Positions 1 to 14,129 are shown, numbered from the stretch's first letter. The stretch is DNA of 64,000 bases from Octopus sinensis (GCF_006345805.1 NC_043000.1:44330001-44394000); one strand, 5' to 3'. Made by a program: numbers and translations. The notes: a model not told the origin generated them from the letters alone.

Positions 1-129
1 AACTCCTTACAGCAACATGCTGATAAATGCTTCAGAGGATATTAAATTGATACACAAAATTTCATTGAATACATATGTATGTTGGGAAGCATAAAGTAGA
101 TTAGACCATTACATTTCGTTCGAAAAATG

Positions 130-170
130 AAGTGTGTGTGTGTGTGTGCCTGCGTGCTTTTATATATATA

Positions 171-224
<54 letters not shown>

Positions 225-403
225 TTATTTATTTATTAGAATGTTTGGAGATGATGTACAGGTATTTTATATTAGAAGAAATGAGGTACTCATAAATTCG
301 GATGGTTTTATATTTACAGATATTTATTTGTATATTACATGTTTTTATATATCATATATCATATATCATATATCATATATTAGCGCTTTCGTCCATTCTA
401 GTG

Positions 404-461
<58 letters not shown>

Positions 462-462
462 A
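130..462. repeat. (TG)n/(TA)n microsatellites; representative of many similar tracts (e.g. 915-1020, 9400-9457, 11459-11650, 15325-15600, 22740-22835, 45310-45430, 50130-50260, 51465-51530, 52060-52205, 58666-58850, 59200-59325)
   Basis: Directly visible dinucleotide runs; they explain the IY- and CV-repeat ORFs in the track. Confidence 0.95.
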
Positions 463-469
463 TGTCTGA

Positions 470-913
470 ACGTTATAGCGTTAATTGTCCATGACGGGTG
501 GTCTTACCAATCAGTTTCGTGGGAAATTATATAATGGAGTGTTAGGCAATAAAGCAATTTATATAATATATGTTCGTCAGAGATAGCCAACATGGAAAGG
601 GAAATGGTGCCCGCTCTCCGCTATTGGTGGTGGAAATAAGCTCGACCAGTCGGTGTCTGCTGTGTAAAGGTGGTAGGATGAAAAATGTTCCCGGAGAGTC
701 AGTTATGTCCCAAGGTTAAGTTTACTGATGAGTTGGAAAAAGTAAAGTTTGAAGAAGGGAAAGATTGTACTTTTTGCCATTCATTCAAAACTCATACATG
801 CCCTGCTGCCGTCGGTATCTACATATCAAATTTGAGCGCAATCGGATGGAGGATGCCCGAGATCCTAGAAGACACACACGTACAGACAGCCAGAACGGAT
901 TTTATATAATAGA
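470..913 (-). mobile_element. Non-autonomous Helitron-like element, 5' end present, 3' end unclear
   Basis: Ends ...cagacagccagaacggattttatataataga|t (5'-TC on - strand) with the aaatttgagcgcaatcgg subterminal motif shared with the other Helitron-like copies; no clear CTAG end. Confidence 0.5.
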
Positions 914-923
914 TATACACACA

Positions 924-995
<72 letters not shown>

Positions 996-1025
996 TATAT
1001 ATGTATATATATATATGCACATGCA

Positions 1026-1188
1026 TACGACGGGTTTCTTTCCGTTTCCGTCAACCAAATCGATCTACAATGATTTGGTCGGTCTAGTGATATAGTTGAC
1101 GAAAACACCCAAGATGAAATACAGTTTTCTGAACTCGGAACCATGTGGTTGGGATGAAAAATTTCTTACCACAGAGTCACGCTTACGC
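1026..1188 (-). mobile_element. Degenerate 5' half of a tRNA-derived SINE (family of 49017-49428)
   Basis: Colinear similarity to 49270-49428 (tttccgtc.accaaatc, gaactcggaaccatgtggttgg, cttaccacagagtcacgc). Confidence 0.65.
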
Positions 1189-1344
1189 CTATAACAATGG
1201 CACTGAGAGTTTGCATTGCAAAATATTTTAACGAATAGTTATTAGTTACCAAATACATATTGACAATGTAAATTTGGAGCAAATGTTTCTAACTCTTTTT
1301 TCCGGCCCAGTAAGGATTCAATCAAATATTAGCGCTATTATATT

Positions 1345-1497
1345 TTGGCACAAGTCCAGCAATTACCGGACATCAAACCAGAAATGATGTAAGGCAACGT
1401 CGACCCCGATAGCATATGAACTCAGAATGTAAAGTGGAACGAAACGTTGCTAAGCATTTTGCCCTAGGCGGTAACTATTCTGCCATCTCGGCACCCT
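1345..1497 (-). mobile_element. Degenerate SINE copy (family of the 20946-22000 cluster)
   Basis: ttggcacaagtccagcaatt...gtcgaccccg...gaactcagaatgtaaag...gctaagcattttg matches the other copies. Confidence 0.6.
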
Positions 1498-2715
1498 ACA
1501 TTTACTTTTAATAATGTTAGCAGATTATTGTTACTTGTAAACTACTATATTTATACAAAGAACGATACAAATGTAGAGTACAAAATTGTTTACACCATAA
1601 GAGTTGACATGCATGGTTTCCAGAATATGGATTGCCAAAATAACCAGCTATTTTTACATAGAAAAAAGTGTTACATGCATAATTTACACAGTCTGAAAGA
1701 AGAAAGAAAGTGAATTGACTTAAACAGCAAATAACATCTACGGACTTATGGCCCTGATTTACTCAAATAGCATAGATAATCCTTCAGGATATATACTGTT
1801 ATTTAAATATACTTATCTGATATGGATTTACTTGCATTCAGTGATAATCATTGCAGAATGTCGGTTGCTGATATATTACCATCTAATCTATGGAAAAACG
1901 TTGTGTTTCTCAAAATGTATTCCGCTATATATTAAATAGCTGAAATCAGAGTAAGGTTTGCAAAGTTGAAGGAAACAATATGTTTCAGATAAGGGATCCA
2001 ATATCATTTAGGTAATTAGGCATTTGCGAATCTAATTTCCCAGTGGATGTTCTGTTACACACTTGTTCAAATCATAACACTTCTGGATCTGATATTGCAG
2101 AAATGAGACCGAATGTTCAGAAGTATACTGGATTGACGTGTCAGTGAGTGAGAATACAACTGCAGCAATTCAGTAGCGAAAGATAATACTCCACCAAGGT
2201 TGACAAACAAATCAGGAAAGATTCTGTGAACGAACGAAAATCCCTGTTGGCAACACCTGTGCAAACTAGGATTGCAGCGGTATTTTACTAATGAATAATT
2301 AAATTAATCAAATCAAAATTATAAGGCATTTTCAATAGCATTTTCTTTCTTTAGCATTTTTCTTTTGTGGATGTACCGTGTATCTTCAAATAATACGTTG
2401 TTGCATTGAAAATTACTACATTCTAAAATATTAGAGACTCACATAGAATTCCAGATTTCTTCTTTCCTGACATTATTTGATGACAAAAATAGAATTTTAC
2501 AACCATCAACTTGCATGTCATGTTCAGTATATTAAGGGAAATTGAAATGAAAGCACAAAGTACTAAACAGAATACAATACAATCATGACTCGACCACTCT
2601 AGCAATTTCATAGCAAATGGGAAAATGTCACTTGTTTTTACAGTGAGTGAAAGTAATCATGAAAACAAATTTTAACTTTGATTGTTGGGATTGGTTATGT
2701 GTGTGTATGCATGTA

Positions 2716-2768
<53 letters not shown>

Positions 2769-4541
2769 ATGTGTTTGTGAGTACATGCATACACACACAT
2801 ATATTTGGGTAGATTTGGAAGTCATGGTTATTAATTAAAGCTGTGAGCACTTTAAAAACTTATGAGCACCTTCCGCTTATACATTTATTACTAATGTTTA
2901 AAAGTGTTAATACGTTTTTCTTTCAAAACCTATGTACGTGTATTTATCGAAATAATAGTTAATATGTTCGCCAATATATCTGAAGGTGCTGAGGCAATTC
3001 TAAAACTAGAAATTATTATATACAACACATTATTGTATGAAAGGCTGGCAGAAATTGTGATGTGAAAATATCCCTCTTTTTGATTGATCACTAAATAGTA
3101 ATATAATTAGTTGGCTTAGACATAGTTGACATATGCTAAAGGTATTGTTCCTAATTAATTCATCCCACCACACCTTAAAAGCTGTTGCTACTCAACTGTT
3201 AGTCCGACAGGTGATGTGTACTTATGTATTTGGAATTTCTCGTCTGATATGTCAAGCACAACTTTAGTTACTAACTACTTGTCGTATTTCATATTACAAT
3301 TATTATAAATCCCAACGGAATATCAAGATTTCTAACATTAGCATAGTTCCAAAATAACAATATCAAATATCTGAGAAATAGAAATGAATAAATTTTATAA
3401 TTTCTTATATGATATTTTCTTTTATATTATGTCATACAAACAAGGCCTAAGGCTACTGTGGTATATGGGTTGCAAAGAAGAAAAGCAAAGAGGCCTACAA
3501 GTTCCAAACGTCACAGATCAGAGAAAAAGAATACGACGAGGGTAGTGTGTTTCGGAGTGGATTGAGTCAAGAAGGTACTTAGATAAAAATACTGATGGCT
3601 AAGAGGAACGTGTAAAATGTGTTGATCCTAGGAAGAGAAGCAGTAACATGTTTAAACCTGTGGTGTGTTTGGCCTAGACCAGAAAGATTAAGTTAACGGC
3701 CCTGGAAGTAATTATAGAAAAGCTACAACGGAGATGCATTTTCACGGTGAGCCAAAGATTCCTGTCCAGTAGAGAAAAAAAAGGACCTTATATGCTAAGA
3801 ACTTGATTATTAATTAGATGCTCAGAAGAAACACCCCATAAATATCACAGCAATATACAATGCAAGGTCGAACTGTGACTTTATAATGATGTAAGATATT
3901 CTCAGTCATAAGAATGTTGCAAGTACGAAAGAGAGACAGAAACATCTTAGTAGCTGAGATTTTAACGGACTGAGTATATTTCTTCAAAAAGAGAGCTACT
4001 AGGTCAACGTCAACCGAGAAATATGACACTGTAGCTTTCATATAACTTTACTGAATTTGTTTTCTTATTCATTAGGGATTTAAAAGGAAAAGGGGTGAAA
4101 CGCTCAAACACTTTTACGCGCGTCTGAGAAATGAGGAAAAGGAGAAAATTTACCCTCAAATCTATGAAATGGTTCAAATGAATGAAGGCTTGCTAGTGTC
4201 GACAGAAGGCTACGCACTGTTTTCTTTACAAGGGTTTTGAGAATTCTAATAAGCACTGATGATTAACAGAAGAAAGGACAACAACATTGGAGACTTCGAA
4301 TGTTGTGTAGAAGCCATAAATTACAAATACTGATATGAATTACAAACGACTGGAATAACTGATTCGTGCGAATAAAATCAGAGTTCACTAAGCTGTAGTC
4401 GCAATGCATTCTAGAAGACGTCAGTGACTTTAGATATAGAAGACTCTGTTATGCAGTACCACAGGATTTGAGAACTAGATGGAAGTAGGGAATGACTGAA
4501 GTAAATTCTAAATTGCTAGAAACGTTTCGATTTAGGTTTCG

Positions 4542-6521
4542 GGGTATCCAGCGAGTTTGTCTAAAACAATCCGTCTAAAATACAATTGATATAAATGCAA
4601 TTTGCCTAAGACAATTTATCTAAAACAATTTGTGCAAAACAGTATTAACCCTGAAACAATTTATGTAAAATACAATTTGACTAAAAAAATAAAAATTGTT
4701 TCTTTTTTGATGAATTCGTAGGAAGTGGAAAGGAATAGTTGTTTGCTCATGCTATTGAGAATAAGTAGTTGTTTACGATAATATGGAATAAAACAAAAAA
4801 CTAGTTGTTTACTATTGTATGGAGTTAAACTAGTAGCTTACTCAGAAAATTTTTTATACAAAAAATCTTATTTGGAATTATTCAGTGAAAAGAACCAAGG
4901 CCAATGATATCTGCTGAATTTTCTGAATCAGAAGGTCGTACGAAGTTGGTGGATAATGGACACACAAGCTATAAGAATCATGAAAACGGTGAACGTGATT
5001 ACTGAAATTGCGAAAAATATCCAAAATAAAATGCCGTGCTCGCATAATTAATGTAAAGGATGACATTGTGAAATCTTCCAACGAGCATAATCATATATTG
5101 GATGCCGCTGAAATTGCAACGTAAGAAGCCATTTCAAAAATACGTCAACTGGCTAAGTCAACATAAGATTCACCAAATTCAGTTATATCTAATGTTCTCG
5201 ATGATTGCGGTCAAGCTGTTGCCACCAAACTAACAAACATGCAAAGTATTAAGAGAACAATAAAATCTATAAGGTAACAAACTTTCACTGGACCTACCAA
5301 CAACTTGCAGTGAAATAGTTATCGCAATCGAACTTACAAAATTCTGCTTAATGACTCTAACCAGTTGAAAATCGTATCGTGATATTTGCGACAAGACGTA
5401 ATTGACAGTGTTTATCCCGAAGCAGACACTAGTATGCAGACGGCACATTTAAAACAGTTCTTTTGTTACTTCACCAGTTATATACCCTACATGGACTAAA
5501 AGAGAATGCTTCGCTGCCGCTCATGTTTGCGTTAATGCCGGACAAAACAGAAGAAACATATATAACGTTTGTGCATGAGATAAAGAAAATTGACCCATCA
5601 TGTGCGCCTTTGTCAGTAACGATTGATTTTGATGAAAGCATTTTATAAGAATTTCCTAGTGCATAACAGAAAGGTTGCTTTTTCCACTTCAGTAATTGTA
5701 TCTTTCGTGTAATTCAAAGTAATGGTTTAAAACGAAACTATGAAACAGACCCTAATGTTGCTTTATTGATAAGGATGCTACCAGCATTAACATTTGTCCC
5801 AGTAGGCACAGTAACCAGAGCATGTGTTGTGTGATAACAACACCTTTTCTAATGAAGCACAAGAAATCATTGATTATTTCGAGAATACGTGAAGTGGAAG
5901 GCCTAACAGTAGGAATGCGAGACGCCCACCTCTCTTCCCACTAAATATGTGGAATAGGCACTTAAAAGTCCTTGATGATTTACCTCCCCCCCCAAAAAAA
6001 AATCTGTCGAAGGATGGCATCGAGCATTCGAAACCCAAGTTGGGTCTCATCAACCCATCATCTGAAAAGTTACCAACAGTTTACAAAAAGAACAAAGTCT
6101 AAACAAGATTTGGATTGTACTGGATATTGCTGAAATGGAACAAGAACCTCTAAAGAAGCGCTATTGAGATAATGCAAAACGAATAAAAAATCTTGCTCAA
6201 ATCTTGATCCACAAAATATTATATATTACGTTCGTGGAATAGCATACATTTCCTTTTAAGCTTTAATAAGTCCTTTCAGTAAATACTATCATTTGTTTTT
6301 ATGCAGTTTGAATTAAAATAATCTTAATGTTTTTATAAATAGTTAACAGCTAGTTAAAAGCCCAAAGAATTATAAATTATGAATAAAAGATACGAATTTA
6401 TCAAAAAGAAACAATTTTTATTTTTTAGTCAGACTGTGTTTCAGACATAGGGTTTTAGAAAATTTTCATCTAGATCAATTGTATTTTAGAAGCATTGTTT
6501 CAGATGAACTTGCCTAGACCC
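4542..6521 (+). mobile_element. Full-length Mutator-like (FLYWCH-MULE) DNA transposon
   Basis: Long imperfect TIRs (gggt...ctaaaatacaattgat...gactaaaaaaataaaaattgtttc, inverted at 6405-6521); degenerate 8-bp TSD aggtttcg/ggatttcg; transposase relic inside. Confidence 0.85.
4900..6210 (+). pseudogene. FLYWCH + MULE DDE transposase pseudogene (stops and frameshifts)
   Basis: Translates to NCEKYPK*KCRARII...SNEHNH (FLYWCH), YADGTFK, QLYTLHG...LPLMFALMPDKTEETY, IDFDE, KGCFFHFSNCIFR, PPLFPLNMWN, SVEGWHRAF. Confidence 0.88.
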
Positions 6522-9383
6522 GGATTTCGGAGTTAAAATGTGGGTGTGTCTTTATGATTTACAAAGACTCAATCCTCGTAATTGTATCACATCTTCTGCA
6601 AGGCATAAGATGTTCAAGAGGCAGTGATCGGCAGAGAACGTAATGGTGAATAACTGCTTTGATAGTAACAATGAAGTCAATCTCCTTAATTTTCTATTAT
6701 TTGGTTTTACCACCCACAAGGGTTGATATATAGTGACAACTATAAATCTTAAAGGAAACTTCAAGAGAAAGAAACGAATATGATTCAGATGGTAATTTAC
6801 ACTCACCATGCCAATGCATGATGACACGTATCACTGGTAACAAACGAAGCTATCTCCAAACTGGGCTACTGAGTGGTTTCCGAACACCCTTACGTTCCGG
6901 AACTGACGCTGGTCAAATGAAGGACAGAAATCAAGAGCAACTATTTGACAACATAGGGAAGGTTAAAATGAATTAAAGAAGGAGTTAAATAGCAGATTTT
7001 GAATGTTTTCGAACAGATATTGTGAGTTCTATTCAACGATAATATACTTGCATCGGTTACGACGGAGACCATGACTAGTATTACATTTGTTTGTTGTGGG
7101 TGACATACGTCTTATGAGATTTAAATAGAGTTTTACGCGTTTTTGCCTTAAAATTCACACACTCCTTCCGCTTTCACTTGTTGTGCGTGTGTCTGTATGT
7201 GTATGTATACAAACGTGCATTCGTCTGTGTGTGTCTCTTCAAATGTATATGCATTACCACATATATGTCAAGACATGTTAACGACAAGAGATTTGTTTCT
7301 TTGTTTTCTGTATTTATTATCGTGAATATTTGGAATGAGATAACGGCAGGACCGAAAGTATATCAAGAGGCAGAATATTCCGTTATATTTCTTCCAGTTT
7401 TTAACATTCTGCACTTAAAACCCATTGAGGGCGGCATCATCCCCCCTCCCTTGACCGATACTAGATAAGGTAAATGACTGGACAATTAAAATTTATTACC
7501 TGCAACCTTTTCTAAAAAATATATAATGATACATTGAAATAAAACAGATTTTATACATTGTTTCCATATATATCAAAAGTAGGAATATTTGGTTGTAACT
7601 TAGATTTGGCACATGTTCATTCGTGCTTTTGGGTTTTAAATCATGCTCCTTCAACCAAGTGAAATGAGGTAAGTTGATGAAGCCTAGTCCCGAATCGACG
7701 TCACGGTCGGTAGAACCTTACGTTTGCATCATACCTACCAGTGTGGTCTACAATTTAAGAAAAAAAAACCGATATTATATGATGTAGAACAAGAGATATT
7801 TTTAAATGCATAACATATAGCTGCAGCGGATAATCCCTATTTTATAAAATGTATTGCTTAAAATGAGGTGCATTTCGTATTGTACAAGATATAGTTTGAA
7901 ATTAACGCTATTATAAGCACAGTTAGTAATACATTTTAATATAGATGTTGTGGTATTAAGATTAATGTATACCAGCATTCTAACTTGTAATGAAGATGAA
8001 TTACAAATTTAGCACACATCAATTAATCATTAATGTCGTTTAAATCATTGTATGGAATGCATGTCTCGGATCTTTAACAGGATAGAAGAATAATTCCCCA
8101 TACATTATTTGATCTTTCTTTACTAGGGATTTATTATATTTATGAATGTCTCATTTTATATTCGAATTATTACAATTTAGTCCTTATTTAACATTATTTT
8201 CCAGATAAGGAAAGCGACTGTAGGCAAATTGATAACTTTAAAGTTATAAACAGGAAAAAGAATAATATATTTTGTGATGTTCATCGGCAACATTATTGCT
8301 ATAAGGAAAATTTAGACAAAAATATAGAAACAAGTAAGGAAATTTTAGACAAAAGTATAGACGCAGGCAATTGCATTCTCTAAAATACTCATGTATATAT
8401 CAGGCAGAAAATTGAAACTTACTTGGGAGTTGCGAAGAAAATTAATTTCACAATTCCATATTTCAGATGATCTTTTGGGAATATATAGCAGCATTTAAAG
8501 AAAGCATATTCTAATTGGCAACATCAGGAGACTTGAATACAATCAGAATTTGTTGTTGAAATATATACTTAGCACTTCCTTATATCTCTTTCCTCTGTGC
8601 AGTTGCGTTCTTTTGTAGTATTCACAGAAAACGAATATGTTAGCATTCTCTTGTGACGACATATTCCAGAGCATAAATTAATAAGTGACTGTTGCCGTAT
8701 AAGTAATTATTTGTCTTTCATAATTGCATTTTATGGATTGCTCTATTTTATTATACATACTCCTGATAATAATTTCTGCAGTCATCATACGAATTTGACA
8801 GTTGTACTTCTATTTTGGAATGTAATAATTTCATTGATGATGATCACGTGATAGCTCATCGTATCATGTACAAAGACAATGTAGGCTGGTTAAATATTCC
8901 GCACAATGATCTGCGTTCAAATTTTATATCTATTTACTATACACTTATGCATAAGTACTTGATGTGTCGTCACTGAATTCCTAGAGTAGCAGACAACAAA
9001 AAAACTGGAAGATTTTTCACTGGCAGAGAGTCTATCACCAAAATGGTAAACATTCTCGTTGTGTTTCATTACCAATGGATTTACATTGCTACAGTGAATC
9101 AGGAACTTCAATAGATATTGCCGCGAAGAATATCAAACTATTCTAACTTTTTAATGCAGTGGTCAGTTCTATTTATTTGTAAAATTACCTTAACAATAAT
9201 CTTATATATATTTCAGAACTGAAATAATATGAAAACAGTAACAACATGAGGTGATATATACGATGATTTATTCATACGTTTGCATATTACATCACAGTGA
9301 AATTACCCTTTGACATTACGCGATAGAAACGGATTGTAATAACGCACAATATCATAATTGTTGCAACAATATAATATTTAATA

Positions 9384-9457
<74 letters not shown>

Positions 9458-9461
<4 letters not shown>

Positions 9462-11146
9462 GAAATGCACCCGTCCTTTGGACGGTGTAAATTATTATAA
9501 TGGTGCACTCCTGTGGACGGTTTACGTTGAATTCGCCCGCAGTTAGAAGTGGTTTCTATTGAGTAGCGGAAAATGTATAATTACCATTTTCGTTAGCAGT
9601 TTATGATATGCTATTAAGAAACTTAATACTTTGCCTGAACACAAATTTGGCACTTAGAAATCAATAAAAGTCCATGAAATGAGGTCGCAATTGTAGTAGG
9701 CATTAGGGATCCTATATCATACTTGAAGCGTTTCGTATCATGTACTTATTTTTCTCGGAATGCGTGACACAACTGCATTGAAGTTTTTTTTTCAATAAAA
9801 GTTATGTATGATAAAGAAAAGCAAACATTTATAGCAAACACGCAAATAGAATAATAACATGTATAAAAATACATGTCAGGGCTTATTTATGAGCGATCAC
9901 CATGAAGTAAGAAGGGTCATTAAAAGTAATGTACTGTTAACAGCAATCAGGTAAATGAAGAAAAATTTAAATTAAATGTTTGCAGGAATTCTAATTGATC
10001 ATGGCTACATTTTGGCATAGATATAAAGAATGCAGTAGAGGAATAACTACTGTAGGGCTGCTTTGGAGACTACATTTTTTTTCCTTCAGGCGTATAGATG
10101 AATAAATTGTCTGGATGACCAGCCCTGAAACAACCGACGCAGAGCTGTCCATGTGAAGATCACGATTTTCGAAGGTCCAATCCAACAGCTTTCAGCGACT
10201 GACTTTGTACTTTGTTAATTGTCATGGCGAAACTGAGTTTCAGAGGGAAATCGAGTCTCTACATAGGATAGGGGCAGATGGTTAGGGGTTAGCAGAATTT
10301 TCGGAATGAAAACGGTATCATTTTTGATGTGTCCCGTGATAATTTGGGTTTATATAATGTGGTCCATCATTTGTTTAACTACAATGCGAATTCCATTGCA
10401 TAGTGTAGGTGCGTCTAGATTGCATAGGAGGATGAAAGGGCCACCGACTTTCAAGTGCAGTTCATGGGAAGGGAGTCCTGGACGATTTGAGAGGAGAGAA
10501 ATTCAGATAGAAATTGTGTAACCTGATCGAGGTCAGTATCGGCATCAATTCATCTGTAACAACGTTCAAAACTGTATAACTGTCACAACTTGATATGGTT
10601 ACGTGAAAGAAGTACTAACGAGCAAATATTGGCCACTGTAAACTGCAGGACACTGTAAAAACTGAATAACTGTCAAAACTTGGTATGAGCAAAAGCATAT
10701 GTATAATATGGATTATTTTCTGAAGGCATTAAAAAATTACTAAAATTTAATTTAAATTGCATGGCTACGTGAAGGAAGTGCTAATAGACAAATATGGTTG
10801 GTCTACAGGGAATGGGCATTGCAAATAATTAAGGTCGGTCACACACACCCACACATCTTCTGGTGTAAGGGAGGCTATCAATTTCAGACCGTTAGCAAAG
10901 AGTTATGTCTCTTGTCCATTGTAGAAGGCCATTCTCATCTCCTGACCATTTTCTGAGTTTCTGACCCTACAAGCTCCATAATTCCATATTGCTCCATAAG
11001 TAAAAAATATTTAGAGTGCACAACCATCCGTGGGATATAAGTGATGTATTTGCCAAGTGTGAACAAAATCGGATAAAAATGATTTTACGTGAGAACAAGC
11101 TAATAATTGTCGATCACACACACACAGAATGACCCTCTTATATATA
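9458..11146 (-). mobile_element. Internally deleted Helitron
   Basis: 3' end CTAA with ccgtc/gacgg hairpin (9470-9485); helicase remnant inside; 5' end cacacacagaatgaccctcttatatata interrupted by a SINE. Confidence 0.75.
10060..10530 (-). pseudogene. Helitron PIF1-type helicase C-terminal fragment
   Basis: Reverse strand reads PGLPSHELHLKVGGPFILLCNLDAPTLCNGIR, VFIPKI, FPLKLSFAMTINKVQSQSLKAVGLDL, SHGQLCVGCFR: classic Helitron helicase motifs. Confidence 0.9.
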
Positions 11147-11148
11147 TA

Positions 11149-11456
11149 TCACGTGATCACGTGACCGAGAAGGCTATCAGATGTTGCTACACATCGCTGG
11201 TCACAATACGCTTCGCATTGTTTTAGCCTTCCAATGACGCCACCCCGCTGGCTAAGCGAGCAGGCCACCAGAAGAAAGAGTGAAAGTTGTGACGAAAGAG
11301 TACAGCAGGGATCGTCACCACCCGCTGCCGGAGCCTCGTGGAGCTTTAGTTGTTTTCGCTCAATAAACACTCACAGCACCCGGTCTGGGAATCGAAACCG
11401 CGATCTTACGACGACCGCGAGCCTGCTGCCCTAACCACTGGGCCATTGCGCCTCCC
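11149..11456 (-). mobile_element. Full-length tRNA-derived SINE (octopus-type)
   Basis: Reverse strand GGAGGCGCAATGGCCCAGTGGTTAGG (A box), GGTTTCGATTCCC (B box), tail gtcacgtgatcacgtgat; second copy at 58357-58665. Confidence 0.9.
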
Positions 11457-11457
11457 T

Positions 11458-11630
<173 letters not shown>

Positions 11631-12111
11631 ATATATTATATATATATATATAGGTCTAATATATTACTGAAATAATCTTTGCGCAAAAAGTAAAGGTTAT
11701 GAATTGGTAAGTACAACAGAGACCGGGACTATCGATAAATGCAATACAAGAATTGTGTATAAACACTACAATACCTTAAGAAGCTAGTGTGTAGCAGCAT
11801 ATAAGAAAACAGAACGTTATAAGAATTCCGCTATGAACTTTATCCTTTTTAGTGTCATCGTATATTATTCTGAAACTGATAATATAAATTAAAATTGTGT
11901 TGTATTGCTTACATATCTGTTTGGTCACTGAACAAAGAAACACGTGGTGGGGAGGCGTTCTGATTTTCATTTTCAAATCTAATCTGTTTTCTTTCTGTTG
12001 CTGTCATTTTTTTCTTTGGATTAATGTGTTTAACCACAAGTAACATCCAATGTTTTTACTTTCTCTATTTCTCCTTTGTCCTCCTCGCTCACACTCTCTT
12101 TCTTTGATAAG

Positions 12112-12154
12112 TTTAGACGATTCACAAGAAACGCCAAAAATTAAACGGAGCTTC
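12112..12154 (+). CDS. Candidate small exon (xLDDSQETPKIKRSF, phase 2 to 0)
   Basis: ~50-nt pyrimidine tract before AG, donor TTC|gtaaat, open frame; not linked to other exons. Confidence 0.3.
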
Positions 12155-12477
12155 GTAAATGACGCATAAGATGTTAACTGTCTCTAAATGTCAAGATCGG
12201 ACTAGTGTTAAAGAAAACAAAAAATGATAATAATATAAATGCCTAAAGAAGTATACATATGTAATGGGGGTATGCTCAAAATTCATAATCGATATCATAA
12301 ATTATATCTAACAATATCCTATGGATGTGAAAATAAAGGAAAGTATGTCACAATACATTGACAACATCTAAAAAGTACCATCGGAAGTAACGTTTGGTTT
12401 TACTATAAGTATATATAAATATATATACAAGAGTAAATTGATAATGATGGATGGATGGATTTGTTCAGTATATATAT

Positions 12478-13893
12478 AATTTATAGAGTGTAAAACATTT
12501 TCGGTATGCAAATTAGGGATTCCTGCATAGAATAACTGCTGCTTTTATTGAGTATTTAAACAGTTTATAAAGTGTTAAACAGTTTTGGTATGCAAATTAA
12601 AGATTCCTTCATAGAATAACTGCTGTATTTGTTGAGTATATATAGAGTTTATAGAGCGGTTAAACACTTTCGCTATGCAAATTAGGGAGTCCTGCATAGA
12701 ATAACTGCTGTATTTGTTGAGTATATATAGAGTTAATAGAGCGGTTAAACATTTTCGGTACGCAAACTAGGGACTCTTTCATAGAATAACTGCTGCATTT
12801 GTTGAGTATTTAAACAGTTTATAAAGTGTTAAACATTTTCGGTATGCAAATTAGGGACTCCTGCATAGAATAACTGCTGTATTTGTTGAGTAAATGTAAA
12901 GTTTATAGAGCAGTTAAACATTTCGGCATTCAAATTAAGGACTCCTGCATAGAATAACTGCTGTATTTATTACGTATATATAGAGTTTATTGAGCGGTTA
13001 AACATTTTCGGTATGTCAATTAGGGACTCCTGCATAGAATAACTGCTGTATTTGTTGAGTTTTTATAGAGTTTATAAAGTGTTAAACATTTTCGCTATGC
13101 AAATTAGGTACTCCTGCATAGAATAACTGCTGCATTTGTTGAGTATATATAGAGTTTATAAAGTGTTAAACATTTTCTGTATGCAAATTAGGGACTCCTT
13201 CATAGAATAACTGCTGTATTTGTTGTGTATATATAGAGTTTATAGAGCGGTTAAACTTTTCCGGTATGCAAATTAGGGTCTCCTGCATAGTATAACTACT
13301 GCATTTGTTGAGTATATATAGCGGTTAAACTTTTCGGTATGCAAATTAGGGTCTGCTGCATAGTATAACTACTGTATTTGTTGAGTATATAGAGCGGTTA
13401 AACATTTTCGGGGTGCAAATTAGGGATTACTGCATAGAATAACGGCTATATTTGTTGAGTGTATATAGAGTTTATAGATCGGAAAAACATTTTCGGTATG
13501 CAAATTAGGGAATCCTACATAGAATAACTACTGCATTTGTTGAGTATATATAGAGTTTATAAAGTGCTAAACATTTCCGGTATGCAAATTAGGGACTCCT
13601 TCATAGAATAACTGCTGTATTTGTTGAGTAAATACAGATATTATAGAGCGGTTAAACATTTTCGGTATGCAAATTAGGGACTCTTGCGTAGAATAACCGC
13701 TGTATTTGTTGAGTATATATATAGTGTTTATAGAGCGGTTAAACATTTTCGGTATGCAAATTAGGGTGTCCTGCATAGAATAACCCCTGTATTTGTTGAG
13801 TATATAGAGAGTTTATAGAACGGTTAAACATTTTCGGTATGTAAATTAGGGTCCCCTGCTTATAATAACTGCTGCATTTGTTGAGTATTTAAG
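12478..13893. repeat. Tandem satellite, ~84-85-bp unit, about 17 copies (two ~73-bp units)
   Basis: Unit aaacattttcggtatgcaaattagggactcctgcatagaataactgctgtatttgttgagtatatatagagtttatagagcggtt repeated head to tail. Confidence 0.95.
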
Positions 13894-14129
13894 TAGATGT
13901 ATGTATGTATGTATATCACCCATTGATATCACCCATTGTGTTATATCACCACATTTTCAGCATCTTTATACATAATGTCTGTATTCGCAGAAACACTCAC
14001 AAATATAGATTCACACGCCCGCGCTCATGCACACACACCCCTCATGGGGCGCAGATGTCTAAAACTATATAGAACTAATTTTTTAAATTTTACCAGAACA
14101 AAATGTCGTTAAACATATGGAAAATCAAA

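Noticed and set aside
2044-2143. Exon-like segment (DVLLHTCSNHNTSGSDIAEMRPNVQKYTGLTC) with a gtgagt donor
   Set aside because: Plausible splice sites but no phase-consistent neighbours; cannot be separated from chance.
3440-3800. Purine-rich stretch with faint L1 C-terminal resemblance (GLQVPN)
   Set aside because: Too degraded to support a call.
7398-7469. Strong acceptor and donor pair
   Set aside because: All three frames contain a stop before the donor; at most a UTR or poison exon.
11400-11456. tRNA-like heads with A and B boxes (also 49370-49428 and 58610-58665)
   Set aside because: SINE heads continuing into SINE bodies; no full cloverleaf or terminator.
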